This document shows positions 37,969-50,148 of a stretch of 64,000 nucleotides of DNA, piece by piece; position 1 is the first letter of the stretch; each line of letters starts with the position of its first letter. A model generated the notes under the pieces. That model searched no databases. It saw nothing but the letters and a program-made list of their open reading frames with translations, and had not been told where the DNA came from. Position numbers and translations under genes: made by a program. Source of the DNA: Vicugna vicugna (lineage: Eukaryota); the NCBI GenBank assembly GCA_013265495.1, contig MU057416.1, positions 1,172,545-1,236,544 of the forward strand, read 5' to 3'.

Positions 37969-38097
37969 GGGGGTATGGCTCAGTGGTGGGGGAGGCGCTT
38001 AGCAAACAGGAGGGCCTGGGTTCAACCCCCAGCACCTCCATCAAATAAACAAACAAACCAACCTTACTACTTGCCCCAAAAAAGAAAATTTAGAGAA
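37969..38097 (+). mobile_element. vic-1-like SINE
   Basis: gggggtatggctcagtgg...ctgggttcaacccccagcacctcca. TSD accaagatgg at 37961-37970 and 38098-38107. Confidence 0.88.
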
Positions 38098-39278
38098 ACC
38101 AAGATGGACGTGCACACACGTGCAGGCTAAGTTTGACCACATACAGTGACAAAACTATTGGATATGAATTGCTGTGGTAGCTCTTAAACGGGTTTAGTAC
38201 ATTTAACATTTGAGTTGGCATATTATGTGGTTTTCTACTAAATCATTCTTACTTACTTTTGTCCAATTAGAAAATAAAGCAGAGGTGGGAGGGTGGCTTC
38301 CTCTGTTTACTTTCTTAGCACAGCCATATGTAAACACACACACACGTCTATATGTTCCTTCCAGAGGCTTCTATATACACATTGCAGAAAAGCTGCACCG
38401 TTAACATAAACAAACTCCAGAAGAGAAATTCCAACGCAACCGTCTTCCCTGGCCCATCGTCTGTGTACGTGTGTCAGTCCCTTTTGACTCTGTTTCCCTC
38501 TTACTCAACATTTGTGAGGACTCGTAGGGCAGAGGGCCACCAGGAGTTAGGCTGAACCTATCTTCTCTGTAGGAGACCATGACCAGGAGGGGAGGAGAAA
38601 AGTCTCAGACTTCAGAAACCACGCTCAGGTTAAAGGGCACCGGCCATCCTGGCTTGTATTCTGCCTAAAGGACAAAGCTTTCATTTGATAAAGATCATTA
38701 GTCACCGAGATACATATTTTAGGAGTTCCAGGAGCGCTGATTCTGTTGGCAGTCACTGGAGTGTACCAGATGGTTCATTAGCATAGACTAGACAAGTCAA
38801 AGGCTTTCAGAATCATTTAGAAAATGTCAAACAGAAACAAGAACCCTGTCACTTTTTATTAGAATTAACTACATCAGACCCTGGACACAGATTTCACCTT
38901 GGGTCAGAAAAATTAATACAGAATTATATGAATTGTGCAATATATTGGGTTAAGATAGGTCTTTCTCCAGGGACTCATTTGCGGGCAATATATTATGATC
39001 CCCCTACTTTAGGAATCCTCAAGCCTTTCCTTTTGTAAGGGCTGTGAAAAGGGCTGACCTTGCTCAAAACCCATTGGTGTCTAATTGATCTGAGGTATAG
39101 GCAGAATTTCAACAAGACATTCTTCTAAAGCTCTTTTGTGATCATTTTCCCAGGAAGCGTGGTGAAGTGGGGCTTGCTGAATATTCAGCAGCGTGTAAAG
39201 TACGCTTTATGTCAGGAGGAAAACGCATCCATGAACTGAACACACTGACGTCGTAGACAGGAATTAAGACGCCATTGA

Positions 39279-39554
<276 letters not shown>

Positions 39555-42535
39555 CCACAGCCCCAGAGCGCCAGCTTCCAAAACAAAAAGAGATGGTGGG
39601 GGGCGGGGGGGAGGCCAGGAGGAAAGGGGAAAAAATACTCTGAACTGCTCCAAGCAACACTAATTAAAACACTTGGTTTAAAGATACTGAATTTTAAAAG
39701 GCGTAATAATCAAATACTTAATAGCAAATAAATGATGTATCAGGGTATTTGTACTGCAAACTGTGAATCAAAGGCTTCACGTCCCCGAAGGATTCCATAT
39801 AAAAGACATTGTGATGGAGCGGAATGAACTCACAGATGGATGGCAACACCATGTCAGAATAAAACTGGACAGAATGATTCTTGTATATTTAAACTGATCT
39901 CCGCTGTGAAGAAATTGAGGGACCGATCAGTGTTGTTAATTAGGTGTATGCAGCGGGGGATTTGAGCTTACGGAATCCCTCCGTGGTGAACCTGACCTGA
40001 ACCCATCGTCCAGAATCCATCGGCTGCACCTGCAACAGCCCTTCTCACTTCCCCTCGAGGACCCAGCACCTTCTGTCCCGCCATCTGGGAATCTGTCCCG
40101 AGGACTTGTGCTCAGCCACACCCCCAAGTAGCACCACCAAATCATGAGAAGCCTAATCTTGAACGTCTGTGTTTTAGGCCTGCAAACAGCTAATAAGAAC
40201 AGCCTGTTAATGTGTTCGCATACCATGTTAAGTACATTCTGGTTTGTTCTGTCGTATGTTCATGTTAAAAAAACAAAACAAAACAAAACAAAAAGCTGGT
40301 GGTAGCCCTCTTCTGATCTTGCGTAAGCATTCATGACCATCCAGGGCAGGGACTACAGATTTTCAAAGCTTTAGCTTAAGCACTGCTGGATTTCCTAAAA
40401 ATTTCTGCCCTCAAGGCTCATTAGAATACATCAGCCTTTTTAACCATCGAGGTTTGTAGTTCAGTGAAAAATACAACGTGAAACACATTTTGCTGGCATG
40501 TCAGTCACAGGTGTAAGCAGCTTAAGACAGAACTGAAGCAAGTCGAGCAAAGCAAAATAAAAGATGGAGCAAGCAGATAAATTGACTCCTGTTACAGCTG
40601 AACATTCCCTACACATGGTGTGGAAACGGTGATTTTTACATAGGGCCTGGAAAGATACTAAAGCGATTCAAGTCTTCCCCAGAAGGGAAGGGAAGAGAGT
40701 GATACCGACCTTGCTAAGACGTAGACCACAGTCTGCTATAGACCAGATCCTGGAGGATGAAGACTTGCGAAACAAGGTCTCCAGGCGACGCTGTCAGTGT
40801 TACGCACAGGCGATGCCACAGGTGTGGAAGTCTTGCCTTACTTCAGTTCCCAGAGCTGGCTGTGCAGATGCGGACCAACCTTTGTCGAAAATAAAGTGTT
40901 AATACTTTAAAGTCAAATAAAACATAGTGTTTACATTCTTTAGGTCCTTGGGGGGGAGGGGGGAGCTGTGATATTACGAAATCGCTAAAGCAGTAATTTC
41001 CTTAATGTTATTTTTCTGATTGCTACTTATTTTTAACAGTACTTAATTATTGTATGTCGTGAGACACTAAAATCAAAAACGGGAATCTCATTTAGACTTT
41101 AATTTTTTTTTTTGAGATTATCGGCGGCACAATCATTTGTAGAAACTGTAAAAAAAAAGAGAGAAAAGTATCTCCTAGTCCCTTAATTTTTTTCATAAGC
41201 ATTTCTGGCTTTTGAATAGTTTATTTATATTGTACATCATAGTTTCAACTGTAGACAATTCTGATGCTAATTTATTGTTCCTTGGTTTCACCTTTGTATA
41301 AGATAGAGCCGAGACTGAAGAAACCAAATATATGTGTTTATTGTAGCATGTCTTCAAGTTAGTGGAACATAGTTCAGGGACAAAGAAGGGTCTTAATGAA
41401 TTAAAATCATTCTTGATTAAATGTCTGTAAATCTTCATAATTCTTACCGTAGTTTATTTAATATCTATTGTAAATTATGTGACTTGTAGCTTCCTCTGTT
41501 TATGAGTAAATTTAACAAGGGTGGAGTCTTCCCTGGGTTTTCTTTCCAAGCATCGTAAGTTGTATACCAAAGATATTAGTTATGACTTCTGTGTGTACAA
41601 AGAGGCTTATTTTATTATTTTTATTAATCACTTCTAATACTCGTCCACGGGAAGGGGACCCTTTAGCTAGGCCACCTCATTAGAGGCTTAGTCACCCATG
41701 TTATTTCCATGGCTCAAGGGACAGTGAAAAATAGCTGAGTCCACATCCAAAGCATCAAGGACACAGCAGCACCTTCCCTCTCCCCAGTGAAACACCACGC
41801 TGGAGAGGAGCGGTGTCGGCAGTGGATGAAGTGGCTCCATCGTGCACGTGGAACATGGGTGGAGGCAAATTTTGAGATATGAGGGATGGTTATTTGCAAG
41901 TTTTTTTAACACTGCAAAAAATAATAATAATATATTGATTCCCAAAATCCATGTTTTCTGATTTTAAATATACAATATTCCCCGCTGACTAGTACACCTA
42001 AAAAAGTCACACATCGTTATGTTGTTAACTGGTCAATTACCCAATGAGAAAGACGGCGACCCGCAGAGTTCCAGCCACACTGCTTGGTGACATCAGGGGC
42101 ACGCTGATAAACAAGGATGCCACTCGGCGTCAGTGGTCCACGCACGGCCGGCATGTGGCCTTTCTCTAGAGTGCGTCGTTGACCGGTTTGCAACCTGACA
42201 TTTGCTTAGCAGCTGCCTTATCAATTGCAGGATCGATCAGTGAAGGCAGACTCGGACACGACGGGCTTTGGCTTGGCCCGGTTTGTTGTCAGTGGTCTGT
42301 GTTCCTAAACAGACGACCTGTCGTGTCTGAATTTCTGTGCTAGGTTGCTTCTGCCGCTAGCCCCGGCTCTGAACCCGGGCCACCTGGGGAGCGTGAAGTC
42401 GGTTCCTTGTTGACGTTACTTCCTGTCTCAGTGAAATACATATTGTCATGTCAGTTCTTGCCAGGAATTTCTCAACAAAATGGAATTTTTTTTCAATATT
42501 TCAATAAATATTGATATGCCCAACCTGATCATTTT
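39555..42535 (+). other. NR5A2: NR5A2 3'UTR (~3 kb; 3' end approximate)
   Basis: Follows the stop codon. AU-rich, no recognisable interspersed repeats, many miRNA seed matches, ends after AATAAA at 42503. Length agrees with the long mammalian NR5A2 UTR as I recall it. Confidence 0.75.
42503..42508 (+). terminator. Distal polyadenylation signal AATAAA of NR5A2
   Basis: AATAAA preceded by a U-rich tract (42486-42493) and followed by U/GU-rich sequence at ~42531-42570. Confidence 0.7.
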
Positions 42536-44316
42536 TAACAGTTTTTATGCCGTCCTCATTGCATTGGGTTCTAGAGCTTCTAAGTCACTAAGGTACTCGA
42601 CTAGGGATGGACTCAGAAGAATTCCACGTGAACAGATGTTTTTCCCTCTCTAGACACTGTCTCGGGTGGTCCACTGTCCCTAGTTGGATGCTTCCTTGAG
42701 GCATTAAACTCAAGCTGTGTGTCACCTCTCCATACGTGAAATAAAATATTTTACATCGCCTACTGTGACGACTGATGGGCAGAAAACTCTCACACTGTCT
42801 GTTCCTGCAGAGCTCACCGACAGTGCCCTAGTAACTTTCTCAAGTGCTTTATTAACTCAGCTGATCTCAGATCAAGTTCCCCGAGGTATCCTCCTCCTCC
42901 TCCCCTTCCAGCTTCTTGCTCCAAGTGACACCCCAGTCCCTGGAGGAGCAGGGCTGTGAACCCAGGAAGTCTGACTCCAGGACCCTCACTCATCAGTACA
43001 ACACTATACTGCCCCAAACCAGGGTGACTCTTTAGATTTGCTTCAAAGGGAGGAGCTATATTAGAGAAAATCAGGCATCGAGTCACCACTAGGTACTCAG
43101 TTACTGATTCCAGTATCAATACCTTAGAAACATGAAAGTCTTTACATGTCCTGGTGTTTAGACCTAAAAATAACATCTTTTTGTGCCAGAAAATCAGCCT
43201 CCTTCAGTACTGTCGAGCCTCTGGAGATGTCTGAAGCAAGAAAATACCTGCACAATCCATTTTGGAAATGCACAATTATTTCTATTACCAAATATTGCAA
43301 GAGCCACGAAACACTTAACAAGGCTTCGAAACCTGGCGACCCCACCTTCCCATCCCTGCCCCGGCCACGACCAGCAGGCGTCGTTATCCAGCTGCCAAGC
43401 AGACACCGATTTTAATTAGGGTCCTACCAAAAAATACCAAGGAATCAGACCCAAGACGCCATACCTAAGGTCTAGTAGATTACAGAGCTGAGATTTTTAA
43501 TCAACTAAACAGTGCCCTACAAAACACATCTCCTTTAACAACCTCTTATGAGGAAGAACTTAAAAAATTCTTGCTTACATTCTATGGACTATGAAAAAAT
43601 ACGTACATTCATACTTAGTTGAAGTGCAATTTAACATCTAGAAAAGTACAGTTTGATCAACTTTGACATACATACACGCCCAGGTAATCATCCCACAGGT
43701 CAAAGAAGATACAGAAAAATTTTTAATATTTTTATAAGTGGTTATATACAATTTTTTAAAAATGATGGAGTTTTTCCAAAGCCCAACCTGCCCACCAGCA
43801 GGGTCACTGATGAGAGCAGAGACCTCACCCCCATCACAAAGTTGCTAAATCCATCGGCTTGAAGCAGCCCTTGAGGAAAAAGAAAGTTTTTGCTGTTGTG
43901 CATTTGATTGTTATATTCGATATTCACAGTAACTTTGAAGAGGCTTGTACCTTTAACGAAGTTTGACGTTCAGTTTGAAGCCATCGCTGATGCATGTTTT
44001 TATGAGAAACATGTGGAGGGTTGGTTCTACGTAACGCAGGTCAAACTGCTGCAACACTTAGTGATTCTGACATTTCCCGGGAATAATAAAGACCAATTTT
44101 CCTTAAAGCTGAACAGGAAGTGTACAGTTTAGTCACTCAAAATAAATATTCTTGCAGTGCTTGAACTGTTTCACACAGGCCATTTGTTTTATGTTAAGTT
44201 GGGAATTAATAATGCAGTGACAGAGATCAGGCTATGATTGTTGGCTTTGTCGGTAGGAAGGCTAAGAATGCTCTCTGAGACGCTGCACGTTTAATTGTTG
44301 CTATAAAAGGGAATGA

Positions 44317-44447
44317 GGGGGCAGGGCACGGATCAGAGGTAGAGCGCATGCTTAGCATGCAGAGGCCCTGGGTTCAGTCCTCAGCACCTCCACCAAACTA
44401 GATAAGTAAATAAATGAACTTAATTACCTCCCCCCTCAAAATTAAAA
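44317..44447 (+). mobile_element. vic-1-like SINE
   Basis: ggtagagcgcatgcttagcatgcagaggccctgggttcagtcctcagcacctcca...taattacctcccccc. Confidence 0.88.
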
Positions 44448-44759
44448 GTGAAAGAAGAGGGAAAGAGGCAGACGGGGGTGTAATTAGACTAATCTCGGAG
44501 CAGCCCCGAGGCGAGTTCGACACTAAACGATCAAGAAACCAGTCGGCGAGATGGCTGGGCCCTCCACACTCCCCTCCTGGGCTGAGGCCATCGGGGTTCG
44601 GATCCTGGGCACCCCGGGAGGTACTGTGGGTCCCAGGCCAGCCTCCCTGGGACACTGGGGCTGAGCCTGTCCCCAGGACCACATTAGTCAGAAAGAGCCA
44701 AGGTGAGAAGGGAGTCGTCCTCCCAGGCGCGCTGACACCTGCTCCGCAGCTGCCTTCGC

Positions 44760-45480
44760 CGCTTTGCAGAGCACAGCCGGCGGTGCCTGGTGGCTCCGTC
44801 CGCCCCAGCTCAGCGGAAGCCCAGTGCCGACCAGGCCGGGCCCTCCCAGCACTCTAGCGACAGGAATTTAGGCCCCCCCAGGCCCCCCACGCCCCGAGGC
44901 CACCCCTCCCCTCCTCCCACACCGCCTCGGCATCCACGTCCCACCAGGGGCCCTCCTCGTTCTCTCCCGCATCAGCGCCTCCCCTGCAGCGGGAGCCCGG
45001 CCCGAGGCACTTCTCCGCTGAAACCATGCGGCGGACTGCAGGCTGCTCTCCTGCCCTCGGTCCCACGCCACCCAGCTGCCGGGCCGTGCTCCCGCCCCGG
45101 GCCGCTCGAGTCCTTCCCCTGAGGCCGAGCGTCTTCGGGAAGCGCCCCGCAGCGCCCCCAGCCGCCGCCCCGCCCCCGCGCCCGCCGGGACCGACCCCGC
45201 GGGGCTGCCCCCCTTCCCGCCCAATCACCGCCCTTTCCTACCTCCGCCCGTTCCCGTTCACGCACGCGTGGTCCCAGAGGCCTGGCCAGCTCCCGCCAGA
45301 GTGCTGGAAGCCGTCCCGTCCACCCCATCAAACTTAAGACCCCAGTTCCGGGCCCCGACCTCGGCTGTGAGCCACGCTCTGGTCTCACTGTGCTGGCTTC
45401 CCAGGGTCGCCCCCACGCTCTGGGCACAAGGAGCCCCGGCCCGGAACCTGGGGAGCGCAGGCGCGGTACACAAGCGTCAC
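44760..45480. promoter_or_regulatory. CpG island downstream of NR5A2 with GC boxes and CCAAT
   Basis: Densest CpG region in the window; gccgccgccccgcccccgcg at 45161-45180 and cccgcccaatcaccgccc at 45216-45233. Confidence 0.7.
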
Positions 45481-46759
45481 AAACGGACACACGGCACTGC
45501 TCCCCTCTGTCTCCTTGACGCTGACCTTGAACGTCTTACAGGGGCCTGGGCTCATCTCACTCATCCAGTGTGCGCACCCACCCCCAACTCTGCATCACGG
45601 GTGAATTTCAGGGACGGACCCCGTGTGTGACTGCGTGTCACCTCCCATCCTGAATTAACATGCGGTTAATCCAAGAGCCAGGCGGTGAGAACGCCGCCAC
45701 CCCGTCGATTCAAGGCGCTCGGCGTGTCTGCGCAGCGGCTGGAAGAACTGGACTGTGCTCTGCGGCCCGGCGAGCAGGACCAGCAGGAGGAGACCGGGCA
45801 GACAGCGCAGGGAGGCTACTTTCAACACAACGCGGAGGGGAGCGCGTCCAACAATCAGGGCTGTTCGATAATGACACCAACGCTGCTGGAGGCTGGCGGG
45901 TCCCAGGGTCTGTTCTGCCTGAGGCTGGGGTCGAGGTGGCGCTGAGGGTGTGTCCTGCAGCGGATGGCAGCTCACTTTTAATGACCCCCAGAAGGACAAC
46001 CCAAGATCCCACCATGGTCGTCCCCACAGACGGGTCCAAACCTTCAGGAGGGACCTCCTCCCTCTCTTCTTCCCTCCGGGGAACATTTGCTTGTGTCTGC
46101 TAGCTTGCTGAGATCCTGACAGGCTACCTCCAGCCAACCCCAGACCTGCGCGTGTAAGCGATGAATTTACAAAGCTCGCGTCAGTATTTACGGGGGACCC
46201 AGGAAAGAAATCACAGCCTGACCAGCAGGTCAGACCAGCTCATCCTTACAACCAGGCAATAGTTAACATTCCGAAAATGAAAGCATCTACTTTTTGAAAA
46301 CTTCTGTCCCTCCATTCAAAGCTCCCCTCCACGTCCGCTGGAGGGAGGGGCAGCTCGTGGAGGCGGGGGGTGCTGGCTCCCCTACGTGCGCCCCCGCTGT
46401 GGGAACACAGTGCTCTGGGGTCAGAAGAGGTTTCCAGGAGGGTGGCTGGTTCTTGTTTTCCCAGCGCTTCGGCACAGGGCTTCCGACCAGCTGACAACAG
46501 CAGGCAAATTAAAGGGGCTGCCCTGGAGAAACCCACGGCTTCCCTAACAATGCCTTAACTGAAGGAAAAGCGGTTTGTTTATGAACCTGATATTTCTCAC
46601 CTGAAAAACACTGAGCGTTGATTATGTTCCAGGAAATCTGATGTGGTTGAGGAAACGCATCCAAAGAAAACACACCAGAAATGATTCATGAAAATGACAG
46701 CATCTCTCTTTAAGGACTTACTATGTGCTAGGACTTGTGGGCTATACACTACGACAGAC

Positions 46760-47201
46760 TTGTTAGTTGTCTCCCAAAAATCCAGCCTTCCTTTTTGCCT
46801 GGACACATGGGTGCCCAGTTAAAGACTACATTTCCCAGCCTTCTTTGCAGCCAGATGGGCCCACATGACTGAGATAAGCTGCCAGTGATGCACCGATGGA
46901 CCGATGGACCGTGAGCGAAACGACCATCCCCACATCTCAGTCTTCCCCAGTGTCAGAGACAAGCAGCCTCCTCTGGACATTGGCTCTTATCTCCTCCCCT
47001 GGCTGGACCCACGATGTGGACAGCAGTCCAGGTGACCACTGGAGCACTGAGGAGCAAAAAGATGGAAGCACCTGGGACCTCGAATGACCTGGGACCCCCA
47101 CTGACCAGACTCAGGTGAAAGAGAAATTAACTGCTCTTCTTCAAGCCACTGGATGTTGGGGTTTCTTTGTTTCAAAAGCTTAGCATTTACCCTAATATAC
47201 A
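46760..47201 (+). mobile_element. MLT1 (MaLR) solo LTR
   Basis: aaagactacatttcccagccttctttgcagccagatgggcccacatgactgag and end aagccactggatgttggggtttctttgtt...ctaatataca. Confidence 0.7.
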
Positions 47202-47535
47202 AAAATGATTTTACTTAACTGATGGTAGGGCACAGTTCACACGGTTCTGTTTGATTCCAAACCCTGTGCTTTGAACCTACTAAAAGCACAAACCTGAGAC
47301 ATCCTGCAGGACTGAGTGTATTTCATTACAGAGCGTTTATTTTGGAACTCAAAAGAAGCAACGGGGACAGGTACATTTTTAAAGTTGTTTTAATAATGGT
47401 ACCCAAAACACAAAAGTGTTCTTTGCCTTAGCAGAATAGGCATGAGCTGGCTGACAACCACTGGCAGCTAAAACAGGTGTTCACTGCCCAGAGCCTTGGG
47501 GACATCCACAACATACTAATTCTTTGAGTCCTCCC

Positions 47536-47732
47536 GAGGAAACTCTAACTCAAAAAGACACCGGCACCCAAATGTTCATAGCAGCAGTGTTTACAATAAC
47601 CAAGACGTGGAAACAACCCAAGTGTCCATCGACAGATGACTGGATAAAGAAGTTGTGTGTGTGTGTGTGTGTATGTATGTAGTGTATGTATATGTATATG
47701 TGTATATATACATATATATGCATATGTATGTA

Positions 47733-47776
<44 letters not shown>

Positions 47777-48226
47777 GGAATACTACTCAGCCATGAAAAA
47801 GAATAAAATAATGCCATTTGCAGCAACATTGATGGACCTAGAGATCATCATTCTAAGTGAAGTAAGCCAGAAAAAGAAAGAAAAATGCCATATGATATCA
47901 CTTCTATGTAAAATCTTAAAAAAAATGACACAAATGAAAAACAGAAAGACTCACAGACACAGAAAACAAATGGTTACTAAAGGAGAAGGGGGGAAGGAAT
48001 AAATTAGGATTTGGGATTAACATATATACACTACTATATATAAAAAGATAGACAACAAGGACCTGCTGTACAGCACAGGGAACTATATTCAATTTCTTGT
48101 AAAAACATATCATGGAAAAGAATCTGAAAAGAAATGTACGTATATGTAAAACAGAATCACTTTGCTGTATACCTGAAACTAACATTGTAAATCAACTACA
48201 CTTCAATAAAAAAATTAAATTAAAAA
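47536..48226 (+). mobile_element. 5'-truncated L1 (ORF2 C-terminus + 3'UTR) with internal compound microsatellite
   Basis: Translates to MEYYSAMKKNKIMPFAATLMDLEIIILSEVSQ (L1 ORF2 end); A-tail. TSD aattctttgagtcctccc (47518-47535) / aattcttggagtcttccc (48227-48244). Confidence 0.93.
47654..47775. repeat. Compound (TG)n/(TATG)/(TA)n microsatellite
   Basis: Directly visible; expanded at the L1 position that reads tgtggtatatttatac in the 52.9 and 60.3 kb copies. Confidence 0.95.
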
Positions 48227-48294
48227 AATTCTTGGAGTCTTCCCTACTTGAGAATTGGGGATGGAAAGAGTTATGTGCTAGCTTCTCCACAGGA

Positions 48295-48333
48295 ACCATC
48301 ACCATAACCACCATAACCACCATAACCACCACC
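48295..48333. repeat. 9-bp tandem repeat (ACCATAACC), about 4 copies
   Basis: accatcaccataaccaccataaccaccataaccaccacc. Confidence 0.85.
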
Positions 48334-49584
48334 TCTTGCCCAAACTTTAGCCCTGACCATGTCTTCCAGAGCTGCCCTGATTGCCTCAGACTGCAGTCTG
48401 ACTAGTAGATTCCCTGTTTACTTTATCACAAAGTCATTGGAGAAACTTCCTTTCTGCATTCGTTATTGAGGACTATGTGAATCCCAGGCAATGTCATTTA
48501 CAAAGAAAAATCATTCTGTGCCCGCCCGCCATTTCAGCTCACAGACCTTTGTCATCCGTCCACTAAGTTCTCACTTTAAAAAAAAAAAAATCTTGTCCCA
48601 AGGAGTTTCCCCAGACATAAATTAGGCCTGTCAAAAGCTCTCTGTTAAACAGGCAGCGGCTTCTATAAATAAGTGTGGAAACACGTGTTGCGCTGCCCCT
48701 GCTGCCACTGTAACAGGTTCTCTTTCCCCTCTGCTCCTGCCCTGTGGCCTCGTGTTATCCGAGTGTCAGATGTTCCTACAGCCATTGTGTGGCCTGGATT
48801 CCGGCCAAGCTCCCTGGGCGATGCCCGGTCAGCGCTCAGTCCCTCAAAGGAGCCTGAGAGTGTGCAACCGCCTGGGGCCGGACATCTCACCTCCCGGCCA
48901 GGGCTGCCAGGCACCGGTTCCGCGCCCACCCAGTCCCAGGGCCATTTATGGATAAAGGACGAGGATGGCGCTGCAGGACTGTGCCCCGACGGGCTGAGCC
49001 CTCATTTACTAAGATTACCTCCTTGAATCCTCGCCACAAGCCTACGAGGTGGGCATCACATCCCACAGTGGCATCAGGGGTGAGGAGGCCGCAGCTGAAC
49101 CGCTGTGGGCCCCTTCCGGGCGCGCAGCGCCGCGCGGCCACCCACACCCCGCGAGCCACGCGCGGGGAGCCGGGCTGCCTGGTTCGGCCAGCCTCCCCCT
49201 CCCCCCGCCAGCCGAGCCCCACAGACGTGCGAAGAGGAGGCAGCACGACACACACGGCTCACGGGGTCGTTCCACGTGGGTAACAATAACCGCCGCCGTG
49301 GAACGAAGCGCGCCTGTAAAAACAGCGCGCCTCGGGGCTTCGCTCTCTTCTGCCTGCTTCTCTCTCGGTTTTGCTTTCAGGCAGAGGGGACTCCGATGAG
49401 GGCCTGCGTCATGTTCCACACTAAAATGCAGACACCTGATCCGGCCGTGTGGGTGCCTAAAATGTGGCTGGCCGGGGAGAAACTCGTGTGAGGTGCAACA
49501 TTTAAATGGGGATGGGCTCACATGGGCAAAAAGGCCTGGGCACCTGGTTACTACTGAGGGGTGAGAAGTGGGAAGGGCGGGGAT

Positions 49585-49687
49585 GGTGGGGGGAAAGAGA
49601 CAGCCCACTGGTAGAGTGAGCTTAGCAAGCAAGAGGTTCAATCCCCAGTACTGCCATCAAAAAATAAAATAATTTTTTAAACTTAAA
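49585..49687 (+). mobile_element. vic-1-like SINE, diverged
   Basis: tggtagagtgagcttagcaagcaagaggttcaatccccagtactgcca plus A-tail. Candidate TSD agaagtggg at 49564 and 49688. Confidence 0.75.
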
Positions 49688-49886
49688 AGAAGTGGGGACA
49701 TGTGCTGCAGGAGTTACAAAGAAAACAGGAGCCCAGAAGGGACAGAAGTCTGAGCTCTAAACAGGGAGGGGCTCGAGGGGGCAGGTGGGATGAGGCTGTC
49801 ACACTGCAAAAGAAACAGCACGACACGGAGGATCAACCAGGTGCCAACAGAAGTATGATTTTCCCCAAACGCTAAACCTGTCAGTG

Positions 49887-50148
49887 CAAAGGGGTGGGAG
49901 TGCTAAATTGGGAGTCTGAGATTTGCAGATATTAACAACTACATATAAAATAGATAAACAAGTTTCTACTGTACAGCACAGGAAACTATAGTCAGTATCT
50001 TGCAGTAACCTAGAATGAAAAAGAACATGAAAAAGAATATATGTATGTACATGTATGACCGAAACACGATGCTGTGCACCAGAAACTGACACAACACTGT
50101 GAACTGACTGTATTTCAATTAAAAAAGAATGCAAAAAAAAAAACCCCA
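49887..50148 (+). mobile_element. 5'-truncated L1 3'UTR
   Basis: L1 3'UTR motifs and A-tail. Perfect TSD aaacctgtcagtg at 49874-49886 and 50149-50161. Confidence 0.92.

Noticed and set aside
45655..46137. Possible retro-pseudogene or small gene after the CpG island
   Set aside because: No recognisable protein similarity, poly(A) tail or TSD; cannot be supported without a BLAST search.
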